From the IMG/VR virus record IMGVR_UViG_3300033143_006101, positions 188,877-252,876 of that record: a stretch of DNA of 64,000 nt; one strand, written 5' to 3'. How positions within the stretch are numbered: the first letter of the stretch is position 1; each line of letters begins with the position of its first letter. The notes beneath the pieces are model-generated. The model was not told the DNA's origin and ran no database searches. It worked only from the letters and a program-made list of their open reading frames with translations. Shown here piece by piece: positions 41,013-49,755 of the stretch. The position numbers were made by a program, and so were the translations under genes.

Positions 41013-41981
41013 ATGAAAAAATTAACTATAGAACATATGCATAATATTGCTAAAGAAAGAAAAGGCGAATGCTTAACCAAAATATATAAAAATAATAAAG
41101 AAAAAATGATCTGGAAATGTGAGGTTGGGCATATATGGAAAGCTATATTTTTAAGCATACAAAAAGGAACTTGGTGTCCTAAATGTTATGGAAGAGGTAT
41201 ATATTCTTTTGACGCACATTTTTTTGATAAAATTAATACAGAAGCAAAAGCTTACTTTTTTGGTTTTTTATTGGCAGATGGATATAACCCAGAAAAAAGA
41301 AATGATATAATTTTACAACTTGATAAAAAAGATATAGAAATTCTTTATCAATTTAAGAAGATAATTAAATCAACATATCCTATTTATCAATATAATTATC
41401 TCCATAAAAAAGGGGGATGCCCTTGTGTTTTTAGAGTTAACAGTCATTATATGAGTAAAGTACTTTTTAATCATGGAATGGTTCATAACAAAACAGAAAG
41501 TTTAGATTTTCCTATATGTATTCCTGATCATTTATTACATCATTTTATTAGAGGTTTTTTTGATGGAGATGGTTCCTTTAAAAAAGATAAAAATAGTTTA
41601 AATTTTGTTATCTGTGGAACTATAAATGTTTTATCAAAATTACGAAACATATTAATCAAAAAATGTTTTCTTAAAAGACATAATAAATTATATTTTCCAA
41701 AAAAAATGCCTTCATATTTTAGAACTTTATCATATTCGGGTAATGATGCTTTGCGAATAAGAGATTATATGTATAATAAAGCTACATTATACTTATTAAG
41801 AAAATATAATATTGCTTTTTCATATGACTATAAATATAGAGGAAAAGAAGTAGTAGAAATGAATAAAGAAAAAATTAAGCAATTATATTTAAAAGGAAAA
41901 AAAATATATGAAATAGCTAAGATAATAAAATGTGATCGACATCTTATAAGCCCAATATTAAAAAATTTAAGAATTCATTAA
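41013..41981 (+). CDS. Free-standing LAGLIDADG homing endonuclease
   Basis: AYFFGFLLADG and HFIRGFFDGDG; N-terminal zinc ribbon WKCEVGH..WCPKC. Confidence 0.88.
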   Translation: MKKLTIEHMHNIAKERKGECLTKIYKNNKEKMIWKCEVGHIWKAIFLSIQKGTWCPKCYGRGIYSFDAHFFDKINTEAKAYFFGFLLADGYNPEKRNDIILQLDKKDIEILYQFKKIIKSTYPIYQYNYLHKKGGCPCVFRVNSHYMSKVLFNHGMVHNKTESLDFPICIPDHLLHHFIRGFFDGDGSFKKDKNSLNFVICGTINVLSKLRNILIKKCFLKRHNKLYFPKKMPSYFRTLSYSGNDALRIRDYMYNKATLYLLRKYNIAFSYDYKYRGKEVVEMNKEKIKQLYLKGKKIYEIAKIIKCDRHLISPILKNLRIH

Positions 41982-41987
41982 AAAATT

Positions 41988-42016
41988 TTGACTTTGCCTA
42001 TAGAAATGTGTATATT
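41988..42016 (+). promoter_or_regulatory. Host sigma70-type promoter TTGACT-N17-TATATT
   Basis: Consensus-like boxes, 17-nt spacer. Confidence 0.7.
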
Positions 42017-42044
42017 CCTCTAATTTTCTAAAAGGAGGTAAATT

Positions 42045-42527
42045 ATGACAACAGAAGTTAAGAACCAAGAAGATGTGGATTGTTTTAATAGTACTGCAAA
42101 ACATATCGAGTTTGTCAAACGTTACATGCAGAAAGTTTTATCGCTCCTACAACAACGGGCAGGGGCACATGATAAATCTAAATTAAAAGAACCGGAATTT
42201 GAGTTATTTGCTAAATACACACCTGAATTAGCTGGCTTAACATATGGTTCAGATGAATACAAAGAATGCATATCTAAATTAGCTCCTGCTTTAGAACATC
42301 ACTATGCTAAAAATAGGCATCATCCGGAACACTTTAAAAACGGCATTCGAGACATGAATTTAATAGATATAATAGAAATGTTTGTTGATTGGTATTGTGC
42401 GGCAATGAGACACAATAATGGAAATATTAGAAGAAGTATAGAATACAACCAGGAAAGATTTGATTTTTCAGATGATATTACTAAGATTTTTTATAATACC
42501 ATCGAAATTTTGGACATTTCTAATTAA
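42045..42527 (+). CDS. DUF5662-like HD-related protein
   Basis: HDKSKL..PE, HHYAKNRHHPEHF, EMFVDW. Confidence 0.7.
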   Translation: MTTEVKNQEDVDCFNSTAKHIEFVKRYMQKVLSLLQQRAGAHDKSKLKEPEFELFAKYTPELAGLTYGSDEYKECISKLAPALEHHYAKNRHHPEHFKNGIRDMNLIDIIEMFVDWYCAAMRHNNGNIRRSIEYNQERFDFSDDITKIFYNTIEILDISN

Positions 42528-42541
42528 ATTAGAAAAATTTT

Positions 42542-42572
42542 TGTAAAATAATCTGTGTTTCGGCTTTATATA
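42542..42572 (+). promoter_or_regulatory. TGTAAA-N16-CTTTATATA promoter-like motif overlapped by a long inverted repeat (42548-42616)
   Basis: Motif shared with 21130-21160 and 50297-50327. Confidence 0.6.
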
Positions 42573-42655
42573 GATAAGGGCTATAACAATAGTTTATAGG
42601 TCGGAACACAGATTATACTAAATAAATAAATATATAGAGACTTTGGAGTTATACA

Positions 42656-43507
42656 ATGAACGACGTTTTCCTATTACAAAATAGGTGGAAAGTACAAAAT
42701 ATTGTACATAACTGTAAACATAAAAAACACAAGAAATTGATTATGGATAGTTTTTTACTTTCTCGAATAACACGAAGAACTGAAGAACAAACTAAATTAT
42801 TACATATTAATATAAAAAAACTGGTGGAATTAAATAAGAAGAAGGATTGTAGCTTTTCTAGAGATACTATGTGTTTACTATTTCTTCCTTTAATAATAAA
42901 AATAACTACAGAATTATATTACAAATATTGTAGAAAACATTATCTCAGAATAATGTATAAAGATATATTTCAAGAAGGGTTCGTTATATTTTTAAAATTA
43001 TTAGACAAGTATGATAATAGAAAATCCGCTTTTCCTTATTATATAAAAATAATGTTAAAATTCCATTTAAAATATTATGTATTGGAGGTTATTAAATATA
43101 TTAAGATGACATCTACCAGAATGGTGGCCAATTCTCTGGCTGTGGATAGGAGTTGTGCATCTGAACATAAAGTAGTGTTAAATGTATTGGTAAGTATACT
43201 TTATCAAGATATCATAGATATAATCAAAATAATTAGAGTATCAAGAAATAGAGCACCCAGAACAATTAAAACTGTTTGTGATGAATTACTTCTTGGTCCT
43301 AATACAATACAGGGAGTAGCCACGAAATTAGGACTAACATATCATTCGATATATCAAGTTTATCAAAGAATTCAAGTAAAAGTAGCAGAAATGATTAATA
43401 ATAATAAATATGCTACTTGTCATGTGGATATTAATATTGCTTCTGCTACAGTATCAGGAAGTAACACTTATAATTTTACTGTACGTAATAGAAAATTCAA
43501 TGAATAA
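42656..43507 (+). CDS. RNA polymerase sigma factor-like protein
   Basis: Region-2-like YKDIFQEGFVIFLKLLDKYD....FPYYI and region-4-like HTH TIQGVATKLGLTYHSIYQ. Confidence 0.65.
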   Translation: MNDVFLLQNRWKVQNIVHNCKHKKHKKLIMDSFLLSRITRRTEEQTKLLHINIKKLVELNKKKDCSFSRDTMCLLFLPLIIKITTELYYKYCRKHYLRIMYKDIFQEGFVIFLKLLDKYDNRKSAFPYYIKIMLKFHLKYYVLEVIKYIKMTSTRMVANSLAVDRSCASEHKVVLNVLVSILYQDIIDIIKIIRVSRNRAPRTIKTVCDELLLGPNTIQGVATKLGLTYHSIYQVYQRIQVKVAEMINNNKYATCHVDINIASATVSGSNTYNFTVRNRKFNE

Positions 43508-43760
43508 GGAGAAAAAATATGCTAGACTTAGGAGGACAAGTATTATTAGATGTATCAGAGATTATTTGGGTAGAAAAGGTTGAGGGCTCTATGGCACTAA
43601 AACTATCCTTCCGAACAGGGAAAGAACAATTTATTGAATATGATACTGAAGCAGAAATGCATACAGATTATATGATGATAAAAAGAGCTAAAGAAAGACT
43701 AACAGAGGAAATAATTAATAAAGATATAGAAAGAGAAATTTAAATTAAAGGAGAGATGAT

Positions 43761-44642
43761 ATGAAAATAACAATTTTAGGTTGTGGAAACGCTTTTAGTA
43801 AAATCAATTATAATCAATGCTTTCTGCTAGAAGCTGACAGTAGAAAAATGTTAATTGATTTTGGAGCTAAGGCTCCTCTTGCTTTACATAATGCTGGTAT
43901 AGATATCAAAGAAATTGATGATGTCTATATCTCTCATTTACATGGGGATCATATTGGTGGTCTTGAAGAAATGGCATTTTTACGTTATGATTGGTATAAT
44001 AGACCAGTGCATTATAATGAAAGATCTATTAAAGACGCTCCTCCAAAATTGATTGCTAATGAACATTTGATGGGTGATCTTTGGAAAAAATCATTGTGTG
44101 GTGGATTAGATTCAATGGAAGGTTTTGATGCTACATTAGAGACATATTTTATACCTAAACCAATAAAACCTAATAAAACATTTAGATGGATGCAGTGGGA
44201 CTGTCAGCTGATACAACAAGTACACATTATGACAGGATCTATTATATCCAGTACATTTGGTTTATTTATGGAACAAAGTGGACATCCAACTATATATTTT
44301 ACTACAGATAGTCAACATTGCTCCCCGCGACAAGTAGAGATATTTTATGCTAAAGCAGATATAATCTTTCAAGATTGTGAATGTATTGGTGTAGATACTA
44401 AAGAAATGGAATTTAAATTCAGTTCGGGAATACATGCTAATTATGCTCAATTATCTGGTTGGAAATCAGCTAATAATGTTGTACTTTCTGATGAGATTAG
44501 AGCTAAAATGTGGCTCAGTCATTATCAAGATTTTGTTACAGAAGATAAAGACTTCTTCGGTAATGTTTGTGATTGGACCGGAATGTCTTGTGCTGACGGA
44601 TTTAAAGGGTTTCTTACAGTCGGACAAGAAATAGAAGTATAA
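43761..44642 (+). CDS. Metallo-beta-lactamase-fold hydrolase, Apyc1-like
   Basis: LGCGNAFSK, LIDFG..APLALH, SHLHGDHIGGLEE, IFQDCE, IHA, MWLSHYQD. Confidence 0.75.
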   Translation: MKITILGCGNAFSKINYNQCFLLEADSRKMLIDFGAKAPLALHNAGIDIKEIDDVYISHLHGDHIGGLEEMAFLRYDWYNRPVHYNERSIKDAPPKLIANEHLMGDLWKKSLCGGLDSMEGFDATLETYFIPKPIKPNKTFRWMQWDCQLIQQVHIMTGSIISSTFGLFMEQSGHPTIYFTTDSQHCSPRQVEIFYAKADIIFQDCECIGVDTKEMEFKFSSGIHANYAQLSGWKSANNVVLSDEIRAKMWLSHYQDFVTEDKDFFGNVCDWTGMSCADGFKGFLTVGQEIEV

Positions 44643-44657
44643 ATTATCTAAAAAAGT

Positions 44658-44689
44658 CCTTAAAGTTTCATCTATCCTATCTAATATTT
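44658..44689 (+). promoter_or_regulatory. Late-type promoter CCTTAA-N17-CTAATATTT
   Basis: Motif copy restarting late genes. Confidence 0.7.
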
Positions 44690-44724
44690 AAGAAGTAGTA
44701 AAATATTAAATAGAGGTAGATGAA

Positions 44725-45717
44725 ATGAACCCATTAATAAAAAACCCAGATTTAATGGATAAACTCCACAAGCAATATAGTGCAAACGGAGGAATCCAAG
44801 GTCAGTTTGATGTAAATTCTAATACTGTTTTGCCTGCACAACAAACAAGTGTAGATCAATCAGTAAACCAAGCTCCAATAGACTGGAATCAAGCAAATGA
44901 TAACACAGTACCTGATTCACAGCCAAAAGTAAGGAGTGCAAGTAATGTACCTGGCCCAGGCCCATTGCCGGATCCTACAGAACCGGTACCTGTAGAAGAT
45001 AAACCGGGGCAACAAGAGGCACCTACACCTGCACCTACGCCTACACCTGCACCACAAAGATCTATACAGGACCAGATTCAAGAAGTTGAGTCTAAACTTG
45101 GGGAAGCACCGCAGAACATTGCTGATGTTACTGCCCGGGCAAAAGCTTTCTTAGACGAATACAATGATGAAACATTTTATGTAGAGAATCAATCGAATGG
45201 GCATATTGTAATTTCTGATATGGATATTACAATTAAGCGAGCTAAGTGTGAGGACTTGTTAAAATTTGCAACGCTTGAGGACCTTAAAAAGTCAAGAGAT
45301 TTAAGAGCTATGTTAGCAAGTGCGGGATTACGCCCAATGTTAAAGAGGTTAACGCAAGAGGAATATTTAGTAAAGAAAAAACGTGAGTATGATAATAAAA
45401 GAGTTGTAGAGCAAATGAAAACACAGCATGCTCAGACTGCTCAACAGAATCCTCAACAGCCTCAAGCACAACCGCAACAACCTCAACAAGTAACACCTAG
45501 AATAAATCCAACTATTCTAAGTAAGCTTGAGAAATTAAGACTCTCTACAGTACCAGAAAGTGCTCATTTAGGATTAACACCACCAGAATTTATTGAATGG
45601 GTGTTAACAGAAAGCTTATCATCAGAAGAATTAGATTTTGTAGCAAGTCATCCTAATGTAGTACATAACAATGAGATAAGAACAGCTGTATATCAGCGAA
45701 AGAGTGAAATAGAGTAA
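44725..45717 (+). CDS. Pro/Gln-rich hypothetical late protein
   Basis: 330-aa ORF with GAGGT RBS. Confidence 0.55.
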   Translation: MNPLIKNPDLMDKLHKQYSANGGIQGQFDVNSNTVLPAQQTSVDQSVNQAPIDWNQANDNTVPDSQPKVRSASNVPGPGPLPDPTEPVPVEDKPGQQEAPTPAPTPTPAPQRSIQDQIQEVESKLGEAPQNIADVTARAKAFLDEYNDETFYVENQSNGHIVISDMDITIKRAKCEDLLKFATLEDLKKSRDLRAMLASAGLRPMLKRLTQEEYLVKKKREYDNKRVVEQMKTQHAQTAQQNPQQPQAQPQQPQQVTPRINPTILSKLEKLRLSTVPESAHLGLTPPEFIEWVLTESLSSEELDFVASHPNVVHNNEIRTAVYQRKSEIE

Positions 45718-46235
45718 AGAGGTATTGATAAGTGAAGAATAAAAAGATAACTGTATCTCAAGTAGATTTAAATACTGGGGATCAATTAAAAATCCCTTGT
45801 AGTTTATCAGGTGAGGACGATCCAAATCAACGAGAAGCCTCACCCAAATTTATTCATTTTATAAATGGAACAGGCAAGCTGATAGAGATCAATCTACTCA
45901 GCAAAACGGAATTATCAGAGTACACTACTTCAACTGGAAATTTTGAAGGAATGGGAATAGCAAACGGAGCTACTTATAATAGCATGCTATTAAGCATTGA
46001 TCCAGAAGATTCAAATAATCCAATCGATTATATATTAGTCAAGAAAGCCGAAGCAGGTGATGTCTCTGCAGTATTAGATGTCTACTGCATTAACTATGTG
46101 TAAAAGGATCCGCTTAGAATGTCAAACTTGTCTGTTTTTCTTTACGGTAAGTAAAAAGAGATATGATAATAAAAATGAGATGATTCTCTGTCGTTATTGT
46201 GAGAGCCCTAATTTAGTACTATTAAGACATTCGGA

Positions 46236-47168
46236 GTGCACATGCTAAGATTAATTAATATTGCGGAACAAACTAGTACCGGTTTAACATTTAGTACAGA
46301 AGAAATAACAGAAAAAGATAAAGTAGCATATGTCATGTATGATACTAGTACAGGTATAGCTAATATGAATGATTATTATTCTTGGCGTACCTTGACTACT
46401 TCTACTGGAACTTCTACACTCTTTGAGTTAGATATAGACAATACTAAAAAATATCCTGGTACTGATGATAACGTATTGGATTACGATATTTTTGATCCTA
46501 AACTATTTAAAGTAATGACATGGGCAGAGCATGAAGTCATTCAAATGTTATTATCACGAATAGATTTAATTCGAAGACGATTCCCTAATCCCGGACCTAC
46601 AATTTCAGATACAGATGCTATAGGGCAAGGTGGAGTAATAGGGTTTGGTGGAGGATGGGATAAAAAATTCTCTCTTGAAGAATTAAGACATATGGTGGAG
46701 GGAGCTCTTATTGAAGTAAACATACACCCTCCGGCAACTGAATTCTGGTGGCAATATAGTAGTGAAGATAGGGATAAAGCATATAGCCCCTATCAAAGAT
46801 CAGAAAGCTTAGGGATACCATATAAATTTATAGATTTAATAGTACATGGGGCCATCATTAGATGTCTTACAGCATGGGGTATTTTAGAAATCGATATTAA
46901 TTTTAGTTCTTCTGATTCAGGACTAACAATAACATATGATCGTGTGGGGCACATATCAACCTGGATGCAAAATTTATTAAATGATTATAAAGAGATGAAA
47001 ACTTTTATTAAGATGGATTCTATTAATAGTTATGGCGTAGGAGTCGGAACGTATCCATTTGCTGTATCAGCTCTTTGGGGTGCTGCAATGAACATGATTT
47101 CTCAAGGTGGAACAGTGCCTCTTAGTTCTATGTTAGGATTTGGAATCAGAGCAAACACACCATTATAG
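46236..47168 (+). CDS. Probable head-tail connector/neck protein
   Basis: Position in the late operon; FSLEEL...ALIEVNIHPP and FSSSDSGLTITYDR pattern. Confidence 0.45.
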   Translation: MHMLRLINIAEQTSTGLTFSTEEITEKDKVAYVMYDTSTGIANMNDYYSWRTLTTSTGTSTLFELDIDNTKKYPGTDDNVLDYDIFDPKLFKVMTWAEHEVIQMLLSRIDLIRRRFPNPGPTISDTDAIGQGGVIGFGGGWDKKFSLEELRHMVEGALIEVNIHPPATEFWWQYSSEDRDKAYSPYQRSESLGIPYKFIDLIVHGAIIRCLTAWGILEIDINFSSSDSGLTITYDRVGHISTWMQNLLNDYKEMKTFIKMDSINSYGVGVGTYPFAVSALWGAAMNMISQGGTVPLSSMLGFGIRANTPL

Positions 47169-47367
47169 AAGGAGATTTAGTATGAAAATTAACAGTAACA
47201 CAGTTCAATTAGAAACAGAACATCATCAAGCCGTTGAAACAATTATCAAAAAAATTGCTTCAGAGAATAAGATTGAAAACGTTGAATCTGTTTCAATAAC
47301 TTTGGATCCAAAGCAAGGTATGGTACAGTTTAAATCTATCAATAAAGATGAGCGTGGACAATAGATA

Positions 47368-48045
47368 ATGTCTTGGATAAGTGAAATACAAAGACAAATT
47401 AAACAATTAGTACCATCAACAAAAGCTTATCTCAATAAAAAGCCTGGTAGAGAAGTAGAAGCCAATTTTACAGAAAGAGCTTCGGATTTAGTATTTACTT
47501 CTGATGAGGAGATTGAGATAAAAAAAGATTTCTTAACTCTTAATAGATATTCACGACCAGGTAAATTGCGAATAGCTATTAAAGGCATAGAAATTCATTG
47601 GGTGGCTAACCCAAAAACTTCCGCAAAGTTCAATAGAAATTATTTTGAACTAAGAAAAGGAGGTAAATATGGATTTGGTTCTACACAATTTATCATTGAT
47701 TTAGACGGTGATATTATTCAGATGATACCAGAAGCAGAAATAGCTTACTCATCGGGAAGTAGTTCAGGATATAAAGATGGAATTAAAACAAGATTAGGAA
47801 GTAAAACACCTTACTATTATACTTTATCTATTGAATGTACACATACTAATTGGAAAGGTGAAATGGATCAGTCTACACATAATGCTCTTGTTGAACTATG
47901 TGTTCATCTTTGTAAGAAATATAAATTAACAGCAAGGGATTTATATCTACATTATGATATAACAGGAAAGAATTGTCATAGATGGTTTGTAGATAACCCT
48001 GAATTATGGGGTGAGTTTAGAGATGAGGTAGATGTAGAATTGTAA
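47368..48045 (+). CDS. N-acetylmuramoyl-L-alanine amidase (Amidase_2), endolysin candidate
   Basis: IEIHWVAN, STQFIIDLDG.I.Q.IPE.EIAY, SIECTH, HYDITGKNCH. Confidence 0.88.
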   Translation: MSWISEIQRQIKQLVPSTKAYLNKKPGREVEANFTERASDLVFTSDEEIEIKKDFLTLNRYSRPGKLRIAIKGIEIHWVANPKTSAKFNRNYFELRKGGKYGFGSTQFIIDLDGDIIQMIPEAEIAYSSGSSSGYKDGIKTRLGSKTPYYYTLSIECTHTNWKGEMDQSTHNALVELCVHLCKKYKLTARDLYLHYDITGKNCHRWFVDNPELWGEFRDEVDVEL

Positions 48046-48072
48046 TTTTTTTACCGACATAACATTTTTTAC

Positions 48073-48101
48073 TTGACGAAGGAGAACTAAATTGTTATAT
48101 T
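48073..48101 (+). promoter_or_regulatory. Sigma70-type promoter TTGACG-N17-TATATT with extended TG, heading the tRNA island
   Basis: Predicted +1 coincides with the ATG at 48108. Confidence 0.8.
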
Positions 48102-48107
48102 GTAAAC

Positions 48108-48248
48108 ATGAAAATGCGAAGACAAATATATTTTACCAACCCGAACCTAAAACCGAATTGCCTCTCGGTACAGGGATGGTTATGTCCAGATCATGGCACA
48201 GAGAACATCTATGCGGTGATAGGGAAAGGTAGGTCTGCTTTTCGTTAA
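48108..48248 (+). CDS. Leaderless 46-aa leader peptide (putative attenuator peptide)
   Basis: MKMRRQIYFTNPNLKPNCLSVQGWLCPDHGTENIYAVIGKGRSAFR*; all 20 amino acids, 37 distinct codons; below the ORF-track length cutoff. Confidence 0.7.
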   Translation: MKMRRQIYFTNPNLKPNCLSVQGWLCPDHGTENIYAVIGKGRSAFR

Positions 48249-48274
48249 TTGATATTATTCATTATTTTACTCTC

Positions 48275-48309
48275 AAAAACGAAAGGCGAAAACCTTTCGT
48301 TTTTTTTTT
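48275..48309 (+). terminator. Intrinsic terminator/attenuator upstream of the first tRNA
   Basis: ACGAAAGG-cgaaaa-CCTTTCGT followed by T9. Confidence 0.9.
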
Positions 48310-48353
48310 GGTTTTTTAATTGGTATCTGGAGATGCTAGTTTTTTGTAGAAAG

Positions 48354-48440
48354 GGTGAGTTGGCAGAGCCCGGTTTATTGCACTGGTTTGCTAAATCAGA
48401 GGGTGTAACAGCCCCGAAGGTTCAAATCCTTCACTCACCG
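48354..48440 (+). tRNA. tRNA-Ser(GCT)
   Basis: GGTGAGT/ACTCACC acceptor, ctggt-ttGCTaa-atcag, long variable arm, G73. Confidence 0.93.
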
Positions 48441-48707
48441 AATTACTGCTAAAACAATAAAAGAAATGAAATTGTATGATATTATAGCAAAGATAATGCA
48501 AAGATAACGATTATTACTGATAAACCAGTAATAATTCTCGAATCGCGAATAGCGAATGGAGGGCTTTATGATAGCATATCAATGTATACGTAAAAGTTGT
48601 GGTAAAATAATATCATCTCATGAGGTCTTAAGAATAAGAAGACCTGATAAAATAACTAAGAAATGTCCTCATTGTAAAGGGCAAGTTAGTAAAATACATG
48701 TGAAATA

Positions 48708-48794
48708 GGAGCGGTGGCAGAGTCTGGCTAATTGCGTCAGTCTTGAAAACTGAAGGGTGTAACAGCCCCGTGGGTTCAAATCCTACCCGCTCCG
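48708..48794 (+). tRNA. tRNA-Ser(TGA)
   Basis: GGAGCGG/CCGCTCC, tcagt-ctTGAaa-actga, long variable arm. Confidence 0.95.
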
Positions 48795-48806
48795 AAGGAG
48801 AATGAA

Positions 48807-49105
48807 ATGGGGGCAAACGAAAAAAACCTTGGATCCATCAAGTAGGTCGAGTTGTTGCAAATAATGCAACAGTTGTTTCCGGGGAACAAACTTTTCGATT
48901 GGTAGACACGTTAGGAATACCATTAGAAATCATCCTGGAAAGGTTCGAGCAAGAAAATATTGTAGTCCAGTGGCAAAAGTTTTATGACATGGGACTAAAA
49001 GTAGGATGGAACGAACAGACCGTAATTGATCGAATGAAGTATGCTATTATTGATATTTATGGTATCCATTATTGGGAAGAAGTAAATAAAAGATTAAGGA
49101 GGTAA
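48807..49105 (+). CDS. Small protein resembling an alanyl-tRNA synthetase helical segment; needs a -1 frameshift from the RBS-linked ATG
   Basis: VSGEQTFRLVDTLGIPLEI resembles AlaRS SGEDAFKLYDTYGFPLDL; A_AAA_AAC at 48821-48827. Confidence 0.5.
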
Positions 49106-49143
49106 TACCATGTTATAGTTAAATCCAAGTAAGGAGAAAGATT

Positions 49144-49347
49144 ATGGCACATGGTTACAGGGCTTCCCGGATGTCTAATCATTGTGGGTATGACTATTGG
49201 AGTGCTAGAAAGCACAATAGAAATACCCTAAACAAAGCCAGGTGGTTAAGCCCAACAAGGCATAAATATTCTAAAAAGCTTACGTATCGAGAAGAACGAA
49301 AGATGAATAAACAAATTATTCAGGAGGACTTACATGAACTGTATTAA
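49144..49347 (+). CDS. Small basic Arg/Lys-rich protein
   Basis: AAGGAG RBS; GYDYWSAR motif. Confidence 0.6.
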   Translation: MAHGYRASRMSNHCGYDYWSARKHNRNTLNKARWLSPTRHKYSKKLTYREERKMNKQIIQEDLHELY

Positions 49348-49387
49348 GGAGGTTGGAGTTTTCTGACTTTAATGTTAGGAGGCTCTT

Positions 49388-49678
49388 ATGTTTTACTCTT
49401 GGAATAGCTGGACAGGAGAATACGACGAACACGATTGTCCTGTTTGGTGGATGTTGAATGATCATATTGGATATTATAGAATCCAACGAACGCAACAAGA
49501 AATGACTCGTTGGTACAGAGATTTAGAAGAACCAGTAAAGCTAAGACAACGGAGAAGTCCAAAAAACTTGAATCCGTGGATCATTGAGACGATCCCTAGT
49601 AGATGTTGTTCTAAATCCTGGAAAGACCTGTATAAAATTCGCAGGCAATGGCAGGCCCCGAAAACTATAGTACGGTGA
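49388..49678 (+). CDS. Small basic Trp/Arg-rich protein
   Basis: AGGAGG RBS; RTQQE...KLRQRRS..NL.PW...KSWK...RRQW. Confidence 0.6.
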   Translation: MFYSWNSWTGEYDEHDCPVWWMLNDHIGYYRIQRTQQEMTRWYRDLEEPVKLRQRRSPKNLNPWIIETIPSRCCSKSWKDLYKIRRQWQAPKTIVR

Positions 49679-49755
49679 AACCTGTAAGATATTTGACAAC
49701 TCCGGTCTCATTTTTGTTCAGAATGTAACCTCAAGGTTACAAACTGAACACTTTT

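Noticed and set aside
47182-48045. TAG readthrough fusing the 60-aa protein to the amidase (in frame, one codon apart)
   Set aside because: One-in-three chance arrangement; the paralogue at 29132 is stand-alone and the amidase has its own ATG.
48249-48816. ORF-track calls 48249-48452 and 48628-48816 (and similar ones at 50738, 51731, 54124 N-terminus, 60269, 61599)
   Set aside because: They overlap tRNA genes, terminators or better-supported features; shadow ORFs.
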